In this document: one piece after another, positions 1 through 10,199 of the stretch
How positions within the stretch are numbered: the first letter of the stretch is position 1
Layout: the number at the start of each line of letters is the position of its first letter
Origin: Clostridium sp. CAG:762
Lineage (GTDB): Bacteria > Bacillota_I > Bacilli_A > RF39 > UBA660
Reading direction: 5' to 3'
Assembly (NCBI GenBank): GCA_000432575.1
Contig: HF996829.1
Location: 35,272-99,271 of the forward strand
DNA: 64,000 nucleotides
Program-made: the position numbers and the translations under genes
Notes under the pieces: model-generated
Told to the model about the DNA's origin: nothing
Databases searched by the model: none
What the model saw: only the letters and a program-made list of their open reading frames with translations

Positions 1-687
1 AATTGGCGCAACTGATGAACGCATACCTACATTACTAACATTAGCTATAGCCTTATTAGTCGCAGTCATAGCAATTATCGAGCCATATAATGTAGCCATA
101 GCAATAAGTGTATAAAATTCAACCATAGTATAGCTTAAATTCTTATTAGATATATTATTTAACTTAACTTGATTATCACTTAATAAATCATTTATTTTAT
201 TAATCAAATCTGAATAATTAACTTCACCACTATTATTCATAATCTCTTTCTTTATTAAATTACTACTTACTACTTTTTGACTTTCTATCTCATCAACCAC
301 ATATTTTAAAATTGTCTCATTAATACCATTTTTAAATACTACTATTCTAACATCATCTAAACTAAAAAGTAAATAACCAGTTATCTTATTATCAGTAAGT
401 AACTTCTTTGCATTGTCCAAATCGGTTACTACTGTATTGAATAACCTACCCTTATTATTCTTATCACTCAAATATGCAAATGTTTTTTTATAAATATCAT
501 TATCTTGATAAAAATGACTATCTACAATAGCAATATCAATAATATTTAAACTCTCTTCTTTTTCAATATTAGAAAAAGCCATATTAAAAAATGTCCCCAA
601 AATAATTGGAAAAATAAATGTCCAAAACAAAAGTGCTTTATTACGTAATAATATCTTCAATGAATACTTAAAATTATGCAAAAACAT
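1..687 (-). CDS. ABC-2 type transporter permease, 5' portion only (gene continues past the window's left edge)
   Basis: The reverse strand starts with ATG at 685-687, overlapping the upstream ATPase stop (TAATG). The translation MFLHNFKYSLKILLRNKALLFWTFIFPIILGTFFNMAFSNIEKEE... is hydrophobic and permease-like. It is not in the ORF track because no stop lies in the window. Confidence 0.5.
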   Translation of the reverse strand, partial: MFLHNFKYSLKILLRNKALLFWTFIFPIILGTFFNMAFSNIEKEESLNIIDIAIVDSHFYQDNDIYKKTFAYLSDKNNKGRLFNTVVTDLDNAKKLLTDNKITGYLLFSLDDVRIVVFKNGINETILKYVVDEIESQKVVSSNLIKKEIMNNSGEVNYSDLINKINDLLSDNQVKLNNISNKNLSYTMVEFYTLIAMATLYGSIIAMTATNKAIANVSNVGMRSSVAPI

Positions 688-1625
688 TAGTCTCTAAGTT
701 CCTTTCCTGTAAGTTCTAAGAAAACATCGTTTAAAGTAGGACGTTCAGCATATATCCTATTATAAGTAATCTTATTCTCTTTTAAATAAGAGATTAAATT
801 CTCCAAATTATTTTTACCTTTTTCATAAGTAACTACCAAAGTATTCATATTCACATCAATATTACAGACATTATTTAACTTCTTAATTTTATTTAAATCA
901 ACAGAATCAATATCATTCAATTCAACAGTGATCTTCTCTTCAATTTTTGTTTTCTTCTTTAATTCATCACTTGTCCCTTGAGCCAAAATTTTCCCCTTAT
1001 CTAAAATAATTATCCTATCACATAATATCTCAGCTTCTTCCATATAATGAGTCGTATAAACAATTGTAGCACCATCATCCCTAAGTTTCTTAATACCATC
1101 TAAAATATTATTTCTACTTTGTGGATCCACTGCTACAGTTGGTTCGTCAAAAAAAATTAACTTTGGTTTATGAGCAATACCACAAGCAATATTTAATCTT
1201 CTAAGTAATCCTCCCGATAATTGTTTAGGATAAAATTTCTTAAAATCTTTAATCCCCACCAAATCAATAGCATCCAAAACATACTTTTCTCTTACTGCTT
1301 TATCTTTAATATATAAACCACAAAAATAATCAATATTTTCATATACTGTTAATTCTTCAAATACTGCAACTTCCTGAAAAATAACACCAATTTTTTCCTT
1401 GATATCATAAGAATTAGGTCTCATTACTTTATCAAATATTTTAATACTACCCTTTTGAAATTTTAACAAAGACAAAATACAATTAATAGTAGTTGATTTA
1501 CCACTCCCATTAGGCCCTAACAAACCAAGTATTTCTCCATCTTTTACTTCAAAAGATAAATCATCAATTGCCCTTAAATTCTTATAATTTTTAGTTAAAT
1601 TTTTTACTTCGATTATATTTTTCAT
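687..1625 (-). CDS. ABC transporter ATP-binding protein
   Basis: Walker A GPNGSGKSTT, ABC signature LSGGLLRRL, Walker B IFFDEP and an H-loop; 312 aa. Confidence 0.9.
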   Translation of the reverse strand: MKNIIEVKNLTKNYKNLRAIDDLSFEVKDGEILGLLGPNGSGKSTTINCILSLLKFQKGSIKIFDKVMRPNSYDIKEKIGVIFQEVAVFEELTVYENIDYFCGLYIKDKAVREKYVLDAIDLVGIKDFKKFYPKQLSGGLLRRLNIACGIAHKPKLIFFDEPTVAVDPQSRNNILDGIKKLRDDGATIVYTTHYMEEAEILCDRIIILDKGKILAQGTSDELKKKTKIEEKITVELNDIDSVDLNKIKKLNNVCNIDVNMNTLVVTYEKGKNNLENLISYLKENKITYNRIYAERPTLNDVFLELTGKELRD

Positions 1626-1634
1626 AATTGCCTC

Positions 1635-1964
1635 CTAAAATATCTTTGACCCATTTATAACAGTTTTATCCAAACTCAAAAGAACTACACCATCATTAGT
1701 ATCAGCACCCAAAACACGCACCTCACTTTTAACATCACCTATATGCATTGGCTCAAAATTAGTAACAACAATAACTTGCTTACCAATTAAATTCTCGCAA
1801 GTATATAAATCTGTTATTTGAGCCGAAGATTCCTTAACATCAAGTTCACTTCCTAAATCTATCTTTAATTTATAAGCCTTATTTCTAGCTTTTTTATTGA
1901 CAGAAGCCTCAATTATAGTTCCCACTCTCATATCTACCTTATCAAAATCCTTTAATTCTATCAT
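1635..1964 (-). CDS. Stand-alone tRNA-binding protein (CsaA/Trbp111-like Myf/EMAP OB-fold domain)
   Basis: 109 aa with MIELKDFDKVDMRVGTIIEA...NLIGKQVIVVTNFEPMHIGDVKSEVRVLGA, the pattern of the MetRS C-terminal/CsaA tRNA-binding domain. Confidence 0.7.
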   Translation of the reverse strand: MIELKDFDKVDMRVGTIIEASVNKKARNKAYKLKIDLGSELDVKESSAQITDLYTCENLIGKQVIVVTNFEPMHIGDVKSEVRVLGADTNDGVVLLSLDKTVINGSKIF

Positions 1965-2172
1965 CTTCTCACCTCAAAAAATTTATTCAATAATATTGTA
2001 CCACATAATAATATAATTTTAAAAATATATTTAACATTTTCATCTTTTGCTATTGCGTTATATTTATTAAGACCATCTCAACATACAACAAAATTAATAA
2101 CAAACGTTTGTAATTAAATTATAGTATAGTAAAAAACAAATGTCAATATTATTTTAACATTTGTTTGATTTT

Positions 2173-2772
2173 TTAATCTAAAAAATTTACAATTATATCT
2201 AACAATTCATCTTTCATAACATCATAATTCAAATCCTTATGTTTATGATATACCACCTCATGACAATAATTATCAATTATTCCAATTAAAAGATGTACCT
2301 TTTCTTCAATATTCTTATCATTAAAACCGCCTTTGATTAAAATACTTGAGACTTTCATAGTCAAAAGCATCTCTCTATCATTAAATATATTAGCAATATC
2401 TTTATCTAAACAACTCATTGCCATTAACTCCTCATGTGGTTCCTTTTTAATAGTATGAGTTTTAATATAACTATCTATCATTTTTACAAAAACTTCTCTA
2501 ATATTCTTTTTATCTACATCCTTATTATCTATTATACCTAACATAGGAAACATAATCTTATCTGCATAATCTTTAGTCCCCTCAATAAATATATCTCTCT
2601 TATCATTAAAATATTGATATATAATACCAGTAGAAACATTTGCATATTTAGCTATATCCACACAACTAACATTATGATAACCCTTATTACACATCAATTC
2701 AAAACCCTTTTTAATTATTCTCTCCTTCTTAGCAATAGATGTCTTTTTAATAGGCTCTCTCACTTCACTCAT
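2173..2772 (-). CDS. TetR/AcrR family transcriptional regulator
   Basis: N-terminal HTH GYHNVSCVDIAKYANVSTGIIYQYF; 199 aa. Confidence 0.8.
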   Translation of the reverse strand: MSEVREPIKKTSIAKKERIIKKGFELMCNKGYHNVSCVDIAKYANVSTGIIYQYFNDKRDIFIEGTKDYADKIMFPMLGIIDNKDVDKKNIREVFVKMIDSYIKTHTIKKEPHEELMAMSCLDKDIANIFNDREMLLTMKVSSILIKGGFNDKNIEEKVHLLIGIIDNYCHEVVYHKHKDLNYDVMKDELLDIIVNFLD

Positions 2773-3082
2773 AAAATCCTCCTAACAATATTATAACACC
2801 TTTTTACTTATTTTTATTCACACCCTTTAAGACTACTTTCCATATCAATATTATTTATTTTTATAGATAATACTTTAGGCAAAAAATAAAATACTAAAAA
2901 TGATGACTTACCAGTCACAATCGTTTCCACTATAAAAGCCATCTATTCATATGAAAAATATTTCACATTAATTATATGCAATTAACACCCAAAAGTCAAT
3001 ATTAACATGATTTTCTTCATATTATTTTACAGAAGAATAAAAATTAAATAATAAAATACATTTTCCTAGAATAATATTAATT

Positions 3083-3895
3083 ATGAAATCATTAATATTA
3101 ATTATAAAAGGGTTTTTTATTGGTATTGCTAAAATTATTCCAGGTGTCAGTGGAGCACTTTTAGCAATCACATTTAATCTCTACGAAGAAGGTCTTAATG
3201 CTATTACTAACTTCTTTGATAACCCTAAAAAAAATCTATTCTTTCTTCTCAAAGTTGGATTTGGTATTATTTTAGGAATAATCATATTTAGCAAAGTCAT
3301 CACTTATTTTTTCAAATATTATTACTTTCTAACAATGTTCTTCTTTATAGGTTTAATTGGAGGAGGCATTATCCCTATAATTAAAAAAAATAAAAGCAAA
3401 AATTACCCTATTATACTTATATCATTCATCATCATCTATTTAATATCAACTCTAACTGGAAATAATAATATAAACATTGAAAATAATTTTACAAAAATTT
3501 TAATCTTCTCCATCTCAGGCTTAATCGATGCTGCTTCTACAGTTATTCCAGGAATAAGTGGTACCGCTTTACTTTTATTAATAGGAACATATAATCAAAT
3601 CATCACACTAATTAGCAACATTACTAACATTGAAATAATTATTTCCAATTTAGAAATATTTCTACCTTATACAATCAATCTATTTTTAGGTTTAATTATT
3701 TTCACCAAATTAATGCACTATCTTTTTAAAAACAAACGTGAAAAAACAATATCATTCATTATAGGAATATCATTATCAACTCTATTAATATTAATCATTA
3801 AAACTCTAAATACCCCACATCAAAATACCATATTAATACCAGCCATAATTCTCCTCATCATAGGATATATAATTGGAAAAAATTTGGATAATTAA
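3083..3895 (+). CDS. DUF368 family membrane protein (PopT-type putative undecaprenyl-phosphate translocase)
   Basis: Polytopic, with the duplicated signature PGVSGALLAITF...PGISGTALLLLIGTY typical of DUF368. Confidence 0.65.
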   Translation: MKSLILIIKGFFIGIAKIIPGVSGALLAITFNLYEEGLNAITNFFDNPKKNLFFLLKVGFGIILGIIIFSKVITYFFKYYYFLTMFFFIGLIGGGIIPIIKKNKSKNYPIILISFIIIYLISTLTGNNNINIENNFTKILIFSISGLIDAASTVIPGISGTALLLLIGTYNQIITLISNITNIEIIISNLEIFLPYTINLFLGLIIFTKLMHYLFKNKREKTISFIIGISLSTLLILIIKTLNTPHQNTILIPAIILLIIGYIIGKNLDN

Positions 3896-3969
3896 AAATA
3901 ATAAAGACAAAACCTTTATCTTTTTTTTATACTGATGTATAATAAAATTAGTAAAGTCGAGATGGTAGT

Positions 3970-5394
3970 ATGAAAAAGAAAATGTTAATTATTATAGTAG
4001 GAATTTTAATAGCACTAATCACAGTTGGAGGCATTATATTCTATTTTTTCATTCCTCCTAAAATACAATTGAATGGTAATAAAACAATAACAATTGCTTT
4101 AGAAGAAAAATACAAAGATGAAGGAATAAAAGTTATATGGCACAATACCAACATTACCAAAAAATTAAAAATTAAAACTACTAATAACATAGATAACACT
4201 AAAATAGGTAATTACTATATCGAATACAAATTTAAATACAATAATCAAGATTATCAAATAAAAAGAAAAATTAAAATAATTGATAATATAAACCCTGAAC
4301 TAACTTTAACTGAACCGATAGATACCATTATGTGCCCAAATGATAATTATCAATCACTTGGATATACTGCCTTAGACAACTTTGACAAAGACATAACCGA
4401 CAAAGTAAAAATAACCAAAGAAGAAATTGATTCATTACACTATAAAATCATTTATAATGTCAAAGATAGTTCAGGAAACACCGCTACAAAAACAAGAAAT
4501 ATTACCATTGAAGACAAAGAAAAACCAGTTATCAAATTAATAGGAAAAACAAATCGTAACTTATTAAAAGGATATAATTACAAAGAAGCAGGATATCAAG
4601 CTTTTGATAATTGTGATGGAGATATATCTAATAAAGTTACAATAACTGGACAAGTTGATACCAATACAGTAGGAACTTACACCATAACATATAAAGTAAA
4701 AGACAGTTATGGAAACGAAGCTGTCGCCTACAGAAAGGTAAATGTAATTAATCCAGATACTAGCAAAAATGTGATATACTTAACATTTGATGATGGACCT
4801 AGCACAAATATCACACCTCAAATACTAGATATTTTAAAAGAAGAAAATGTTCGAGCTACATTTTTTATAGTAGATTTCGGTGGTACAAAGACCGACATAG
4901 TAAAAAGAATAGTAAACGAAGGACACACAATTGCCATTCATGGTAAATCACACGTCTACAAAGAAATATACAAATCCGTTGACGACTATATGAATAATAT
5001 TAATTATATGAATGAAAAAATTAAAAAATTAACTGGAGTAGATACTAGGATAACAAGATTCCCTGGCGGAAGTTCAAATACCGTTAGCCGTTTTAACCCA
5101 GGAATAATGACCAAATTAACAAAAGAGGTAATTAATCATGGATATGTATATTTTGACTGGAATATCAGCAGTGGTGATGCTGGAGGTACAAAAAATGCAA
5201 TAGGAATATATAACAACGTTGTCAATGGTCTTCGATACAACCGTGCTAATGTAGTCCTAATGCATGACTTAAACAGCAAAACATATACCAAAGAGGCTTT
5301 AAAAAATATTATTATTTATGGAAAAGAAAATGGCTATATTTTCAAAAAAATTACAGATAATACCCCAATGGTTACAATGAAGGTAAACAACTAA
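3970..5394 (+). CDS. Membrane-anchored polysaccharide deacetylase (NodB homology domain) with two Ig-like (DUF5011-type) repeats
   Basis: N-terminal TM helix, two about 80-aa repeats (ALDNFDKDITDKV.. / AFDNCDGDISNKV..), then a NodB domain with IYLTFDDGPS, HTIAIHGKSH and VVLMHD motifs. Confidence 0.75.
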   Translation: MKKKMLIIIVGILIALITVGGIIFYFFIPPKIQLNGNKTITIALEEKYKDEGIKVIWHNTNITKKLKIKTTNNIDNTKIGNYYIEYKFKYNNQDYQIKRKIKIIDNINPELTLTEPIDTIMCPNDNYQSLGYTALDNFDKDITDKVKITKEEIDSLHYKIIYNVKDSSGNTATKTRNITIEDKEKPVIKLIGKTNRNLLKGYNYKEAGYQAFDNCDGDISNKVTITGQVDTNTVGTYTITYKVKDSYGNEAVAYRKVNVINPDTSKNVIYLTFDDGPSTNITPQILDILKEENVRATFFIVDFGGTKTDIVKRIVNEGHTIAIHGKSHVYKEIYKSVDDYMNNINYMNEKIKKLTGVDTRITRFPGGSSNTVSRFNPGIMTKLTKEVINHGYVYFDWNISSGDAGGTKNAIGIYNNVVNGLRYNRANVVLMHDLNSKTYTKEALKNIIIYGKENGYIFKKITDNTPMVTMKVNN

Positions 5395-5462
5395 AAAGAA
5401 TCAATAATATGAATCGTTTCATACTAAAGATTCTTTTTTATTACAAAAATATTAACAAAATA
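5395..5462. terminator. Putative bidirectional terminator between convergent genes
   Basis: Inverted repeat AAAGAATC..GATTCTTT followed by a T-run. The loop is long, so the call is weak. Confidence 0.35.
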
Positions 5463-6410
5463 TTATTCAATAACAAGAATTTGACCAATGCTAAGAAGAT
5501 TACTAGAAAGATTATTTAGAGCCTTTAAATTATCAACAGAAGTATTAAATTTTTTTGCAATTGAATATAAACTATCCCCCTTTTGAACTGTATAAGTAGT
5601 TTGTTTATGGGAAGTTGGAATCTTTAAAACCTGACCAACACTTAATAGATTGGATGTAAGGTTATTAAATTTTTTTAATTTATCCACAGTCGTACCTAAC
5701 TTTCTTGCTATAGAGTAAAGACTATCGCCTCTTTGAACAACATAAGTTTCGCTTGGTAGTTCTTGCGATGGTGTTGTTATAGGTATTTTAAGTACCTGAC
5801 CAATGCTAAGAGTGTTAGAGACAAGCTTATTTAACTTCTTAATTTCATCTACAGTTGTATTATATTTTCTCGCTATTGCATAAAGATTATCACCACTTTT
5901 AACTGTATAATTAATAGTTCCTGGTGTTACTGTTGAAGTAGTACTTGATTTTATTTTTAACACTTGCCCTATTTTTAAAGTATTAGAAGTTAGATTATTT
6001 AGTTTTTTTAGTTCATCAACGGTAAGACCAAATTTTTTAGAAATAGCATATAAACTGTCGCCTGCCTTAACAGTGTATGTTTCATCACTTACTGCAAATG
6101 GAGAAGTATATTTATAGCCAGCATATTCAGCAATAGCTTTTATAACTGCCTCAGCCAATTGTTTATAGTTATCTTGTAAATATTTAACTTTATCTGGAGT
6201 ATCATCAATAAAACCATATTCAACAATGACAGGCTGTGTACGACCTGTATTTCTATGCATAAAATAATAGTCTTTACTTGTATCAGATGGAAGCCGGCGC
6301 TGATAATATTTACGAACGGACTGACCAGTATCAGCAATGTTGTTCAAAATGTCTTTGGCAAGAACGTCGCTGTTGCGAAGGGCGTAAATTACCTCGGCGC
6401 CAGTACCACC
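5463..6410 (-). pseudogene. C-terminal segment of a split N-acetylmuramoyl-L-alanine amidase (distal part of the Amidase_3 catalytic domain plus 4 LysM repeats); the N-terminal segment lies at 25920..26200
   Basis: The reading frame is open from an in-frame TGA at 6420-6422. The translation reads LSPGGTGAEVIYALRNSDVLAKDILNNIADTGQSVRKYY...VEYGFIDD, followed by four repeats of YTVKxGDSLYxIAxKxxTxVxxLKxLNxLxSNxLxxGQxLKIP (LysM). Confidence 0.8.
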
Positions 6411-6434
6411 TGGTGATAGTCAAAATGTAACTTT

Positions 6435-7286
6435 TTATTTTTTTGTTAAATTAATTATATAATTTTCAATTATTTCTTTATTTTCAGTCATCTCTTGTTG
6501 TAAATTTGATAAATCAGTTTTTAGTTTTTTTACTATATCTTTATATTTATCTGTAAAATGTTCATTAATCTTCCAATGAAGATACTCTTTATATTTATTA
6601 GTATAATCTTCAGTTAATTTACTTTTGTCAACTTTTGAACATAATAACACAAATCCCATGAATACACAAAAAACATCTATATGATTTTTCTTATCATTAA
6701 CTAAATATTTTAAAGAACAATATATTAATATTTCTAAAAAATAAGCAGTTTGATAAAAATATAGTATAAATAAATCTTCATCTTTGTTCCTATTCACTTC
6801 TATCATCATACTAACTACAATAGAACTATGAGTATATAAACATAATTTTTCATATGTGTCTTCTAGTAATAATTGTAGTTCTTCTTTATTAAATTCTTCA
6901 AATAAAATTGGACTAATTTCCTTTAATTTAAATTTAAAATTGTTCAATATTGCTGTAGGACGAGTATTTTTGCTTCTACCACATTTTTCTAAACTCTTAA
7001 ACTCTTCATAAGTATCTATAGGATCAAAATATATCATCATTGACATCATTACTTTCTCCATGCACGAACGCATTAATGTCGCAGAATCTACTATATTATT
7101 TCTTCTTAAAGTTTTATATACATTATTAATAGTATTATTTGCTTGATACAATAAATTAATTGTTTCAATACTAATATCAGCAGTTACTGATATATTCTTT
7201 AGATATCTCTTTATATATCTTCTCATTGGTTTTATAAAATTATTCTTTACTAATTGTTCAATAAATATTAAATTTTTTTCTTCCAT
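6435..7286 (-). CDS. Hypothetical protein (283 aa) at the left end of the element
   Basis: ORF only; no recognised motifs. AT-rich and Lys/Asn-rich. Confidence 0.45.
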   Translation of the reverse strand: MEEKNLIFIEQLVKNNFIKPMRRYIKRYLKNISVTADISIETINLLYQANNTINNVYKTLRRNNIVDSATLMRSCMEKVMMSMMIYFDPIDTYEEFKSLEKCGRSKNTRPTAILNNFKFKLKEISPILFEEFNKEELQLLLEDTYEKLCLYTHSSIVVSMMIEVNRNKDEDLFILYFYQTAYFLEILIYCSLKYLVNDKKNHIDVFCVFMGFVLLCSKVDKSKLTEDYTNKYKEYLHWKINEHFTDKYKDIVKKLKTDLSNLQQEMTENKEIIENYIINLTKK

Positions 7287-7315
7287 TTTGCCACCAAATA
7301 TAAATTTTATATTCT

Positions 7316-7639
7316 TTATTCTTTTATATCATATTCTAATGATAATTTATTAAAAGTTTCTAAATCACATTTGCTTTTTAGTTCATTCATATATAAAGAT
7401 TTATAAAAAGACCATCTTTGAATAAAATCAGCAATTGACATTTGATCTATTGAAATATATTGAGCATTTGGTTTTAATTCTTCAATAGATTCATAAATGA
7501 TAGACTCTTTTTGAAATTTCGATTTTGCCTTTAATGTTATTTCTTTTAACTTTTCACGATTTGGGTATGATGAATTTAATTGTTTGTCAATATCTTGTAT
7601 ATCCTTTATTAATTCTAATATATCTTTTTCTAGTTTCAT
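7316..7639 (-). CDS. Hypothetical protein (107 aa)
   Basis: ORF only. Confidence 0.4.
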   Translation of the reverse strand: MKLEKDILELIKDIQDIDKQLNSSYPNREKLKEITLKAKSKFQKESIIYESIEELKPNAQYISIDQMSIADFIQRWSFYKSLYMNELKSKCDLETFNKLSLEYDIKE

Positions 7640-7651
7640 AATTAATCACCT

Positions 7652-8194
7652 CTACTTCATTTCAATTTCCTTTTCATCAACATATTGGTAATTTAACAAA
7701 TTATCACTAGTAATCACACTTTTACCCAGCTCATTCTCTAAATCTTTTCTTGCATTACCAGCAATTTTGCCACCTCGTCTTGCTACATCAATGTTTTCAT
7801 TTAATCCTTTTGGATTTTTCTTTTTGCTATTTCTCTAGTTGCAATTTCACCTAAATCAGCTAATGTCACTTCTACATCGGTCATATTATCTCTTAATGAT
7901 TCTTTCCTAAGTCCTTTAAATGATTTATACTCTTTTGCAGTCATACCAGACCATTCTTTATAAATTTCATTTGTTAGAATTGCATACTCTTTTGATTCAG
8001 TTATTCCTCCATCTTTCCATACATCTGTAAGTTGTTTTCTATCTTGAATACCTTTAATTCTTTTTGCAATCCATTTTTCATCATAACCTTTAGTTCTATA
8101 TAAGTCTATTGCTCTTTGTGCTGCTAATGAAGGATCAAAAATTTCATCTATTCTCTCACTTCCTAGTTTAGCAAGCCATTGTTTTATAGGCTCT
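7652..8194 (-). pseudogene. C-terminal part of a split and frameshifted Bro-N/DinD-like (DNA-damage-inducible protein D family) gene
   Basis: Frame 1 gives ..EPIKQWLAKLGSERIDEIFDP..EYAILTNEIYKEWSGMTAKEYKSFKGLRKESLRDNMTDVEVTLADLGEIATREIAKRKIQKD*. A -1/+1 shifted frame continues with GLNENIDVARRGGKIAGNARKDLENELGKSVITSDN..*, the conserved DinD tail. The shift lies in the run GCAAAAAGAAAAATCC at about 7805-7830. Confidence 0.65.
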
Positions 8195-8197
8195 CTG

Positions 8198-9865
8198 TTA
8201 AGACCCAAATGACACGTTTTGGGTCTTAACATCTTGAGGCGTTAGAGCAATTTTAAATTCAGAACCTGTTTTTAATATAAATCTAATTACATTTGGATCT
8301 TTCTCTCCATTTTTTAATACTTCTCCAACTACAATTTTCTCTACAAAATTTTCAAAAGTGTTTTCATCAAATTCCGTTAAAGTGCAAGGAATATTTATAA
8401 TCTTTTCTATTTCTTTTATTTTAGTAGAAATATTTTTATTATCCTCATTTAATTTTTGTAGTTCCTTTAATTCCTCATCTAAATTAGATAATTTTGTTTT
8501 TATTTCTTCTTCTTTTAAATCATAAACTTCTTTTGTAATACTATTATCTAATCTCATATCAACTAATTTTAATAACTTATCTTGTAATACTTTTTTATTG
8601 TTTTCTATTTCGTTAATACTCTTTTGATAATCATTATCATTAATAACACCTTTTATTGTGTTTAAAAGAAGTTCTTTTGTTTTATGCTTATTCTTAACAA
8701 TATTATTATAAAGTTCTATAAACATTTTTTCTAATATATCTTCTCTGATATATCTTGAATCTTTACAATCTTTCTTATCATAGACTCTTTGATAACACAT
8801 CCAATAATAAGGAATAGTACCATCTTTTTTCTTGCTTCCATGTCTTCTAACATAAGTTGTTCCACAAAATCCACAAGTTATTTTACTACTAAAAGGATAC
8901 CTTTTACTATAATTTGTTGGGTGTTTACTTCCTTCAGGTATTACTTTACTACTTCGTTTTTCGTATATCTCCTGTGCCTTATTCCAAACTTCTCTTGTTA
9001 TTATAGGAATATGATGGTCTTTTACATAGTATTTTTCTTTCTCTCCAAAATTTTGAACTGCTCTATGCGAAATAGGATTTTCAATATACCATTTTTGACT
9101 AATTAAATCTCCAACATATTTCTCATTGATAATCATATTCCTTATTCTACTACTTGTCCATCTTTTACCAGTATAAGTTAATATTCCTTTTTCATTTAAT
9201 AATCTTGCTATTGTTTGTGTACCTTTACCATTAATATACCAATCAAATACTTGTCTAACAATTTTGGCTTGTTCTTCGTTTATTTCAAGTTCTTTTGTTT
9301 CTTTATTCCAAACATATCCATATATTCTAGCAATACCATTCATTTCGCCACGTTTCATTTTGGCTCTCATACCCATTTGAACATTTTGAGATGTTGATTC
9401 ACTTTCTGCTTGTGCAAATGCACTATAAAGTGTTAAAAACATTTCGCTATCTAATTCTAGAGTATGAATATTTTCTTTTTCAAAATATACATCTACATTA
9501 TGTTCACGAAGTAATCTAACATATTTTAAAGTATCAAGTGTATTTCTAGCAAATCTTGATATAGACTTTGCTATGATAATATCTATCTTACCATTTAAAG
9601 CATCATCTATCATTCGCATAAATTCTGTTCTTTTCTTAACTTGTGTTCCACTAATACCCTCATCAGCATATACACCAGCAAATTCCCAATCTGGATTAGA
9701 TTTAATATAATTCGTATAATGATTAATTTGTGAAGAATAACTTGTTAATTGTTCTTCGGAATCAGTGCTTACTCTTGCATAAGCACAAACTTTTTTAATT
9801 ATTCTTTTAACGGAATTTTTAATATTATTTTTGAGATTAGCTGCAATAATCTCAACTTGTGCCAT
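8198..9865 (-). CDS. Large serine recombinase (resolvase/invertase N-terminal domain + recombinase domain + zinc ribbon + coiled-coil)
   Basis: AYARVSTDSEEQ catalytic Ser motif, IIIAKSISRFARN, zinc ribbon CGFCGTTYVRR..YYWMC; 555 aa. Confidence 0.9.
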   Translation of the reverse strand: MAQVEIIAANLKNNIKNSVKRIIKKVCAYARVSTDSEEQLTSYSSQINHYTNYIKSNPDWEFAGVYADEGISGTQVKKRTEFMRMIDDALNGKIDIIIAKSISRFARNTLDTLKYVRLLREHNVDVYFEKENIHTLELDSEMFLTLYSAFAQAESESTSQNVQMGMRAKMKRGEMNGIARIYGYVWNKETKELEINEEQAKIVRQVFDWYINGKGTQTIARLLNEKGILTYTGKRWTSSRIRNMIINEKYVGDLISQKWYIENPISHRAVQNFGEKEKYYVKDHHIPIITREVWNKAQEIYEKRSSKVIPEGSKHPTNYSKRYPFSSKITCGFCGTTYVRRHGSKKKDGTIPYYWMCYQRVYDKKDCKDSRYIREDILEKMFIELYNNIVKNKHKTKELLLNTIKGVINDNDYQKSINEIENNKKVLQDKLLKLVDMRLDNSITKEVYDLKEEEIKTKLSNLDEELKELQKLNEDNKNISTKIKEIEKIINIPCTLTEFDENTFENFVEKIVVGEVLKNGEKDPNVIRFILKTGSEFKIALTPQDVKTQNVSFGS

Positions 9866-10199
9866 TTAATACCTCACTTTCACTTTTATTTTTTTTGAAC
9901 TTGCAGTCGTGTTCTCATTAATTATTATACTAAATTTTTGACTAATTCTATAGTCATTAATAAAAACTTTTAATTTTTTCTTTCAACACATAAAATTGTT
10001 TTTCATTAATTAATTCTAATTTTAATAATTTTGATATTATAGATAAATTAATTGTTTCATCAATAATATTATCTATTTCTATTTGTGTTAATATCTTTTC
10101 TTTGTTATCATCTTCTTTCATAGTTAAAATTACCCCCTTTCTTTTTATTATTTTTTAAACTTCATTTTCATAACTAATCTCAAATCCTTTCCGTTAATT

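Noticed and set aside
2614-2796. 60-aa plus-strand ORF overlapping the TetR gene
   Set aside because: Lies entirely antisense to a well-supported CDS, has a low-complexity translation and no RBS. It is an artefact of AT-rich sequence.
8198-8231. Palindrome at the recombinase 3' end considered as an intrinsic terminator
   Set aside because: No U-tract on the coding strand after the stem. It is kept as a possible protein-binding site instead (see findings).
8789-9397. Two plus-strand ORFs (105 and 60 aa) inside the serine recombinase gene
   Set aside because: Antisense to a motif-rich CDS, with Phe/Ile/Ser-rich junk translations.
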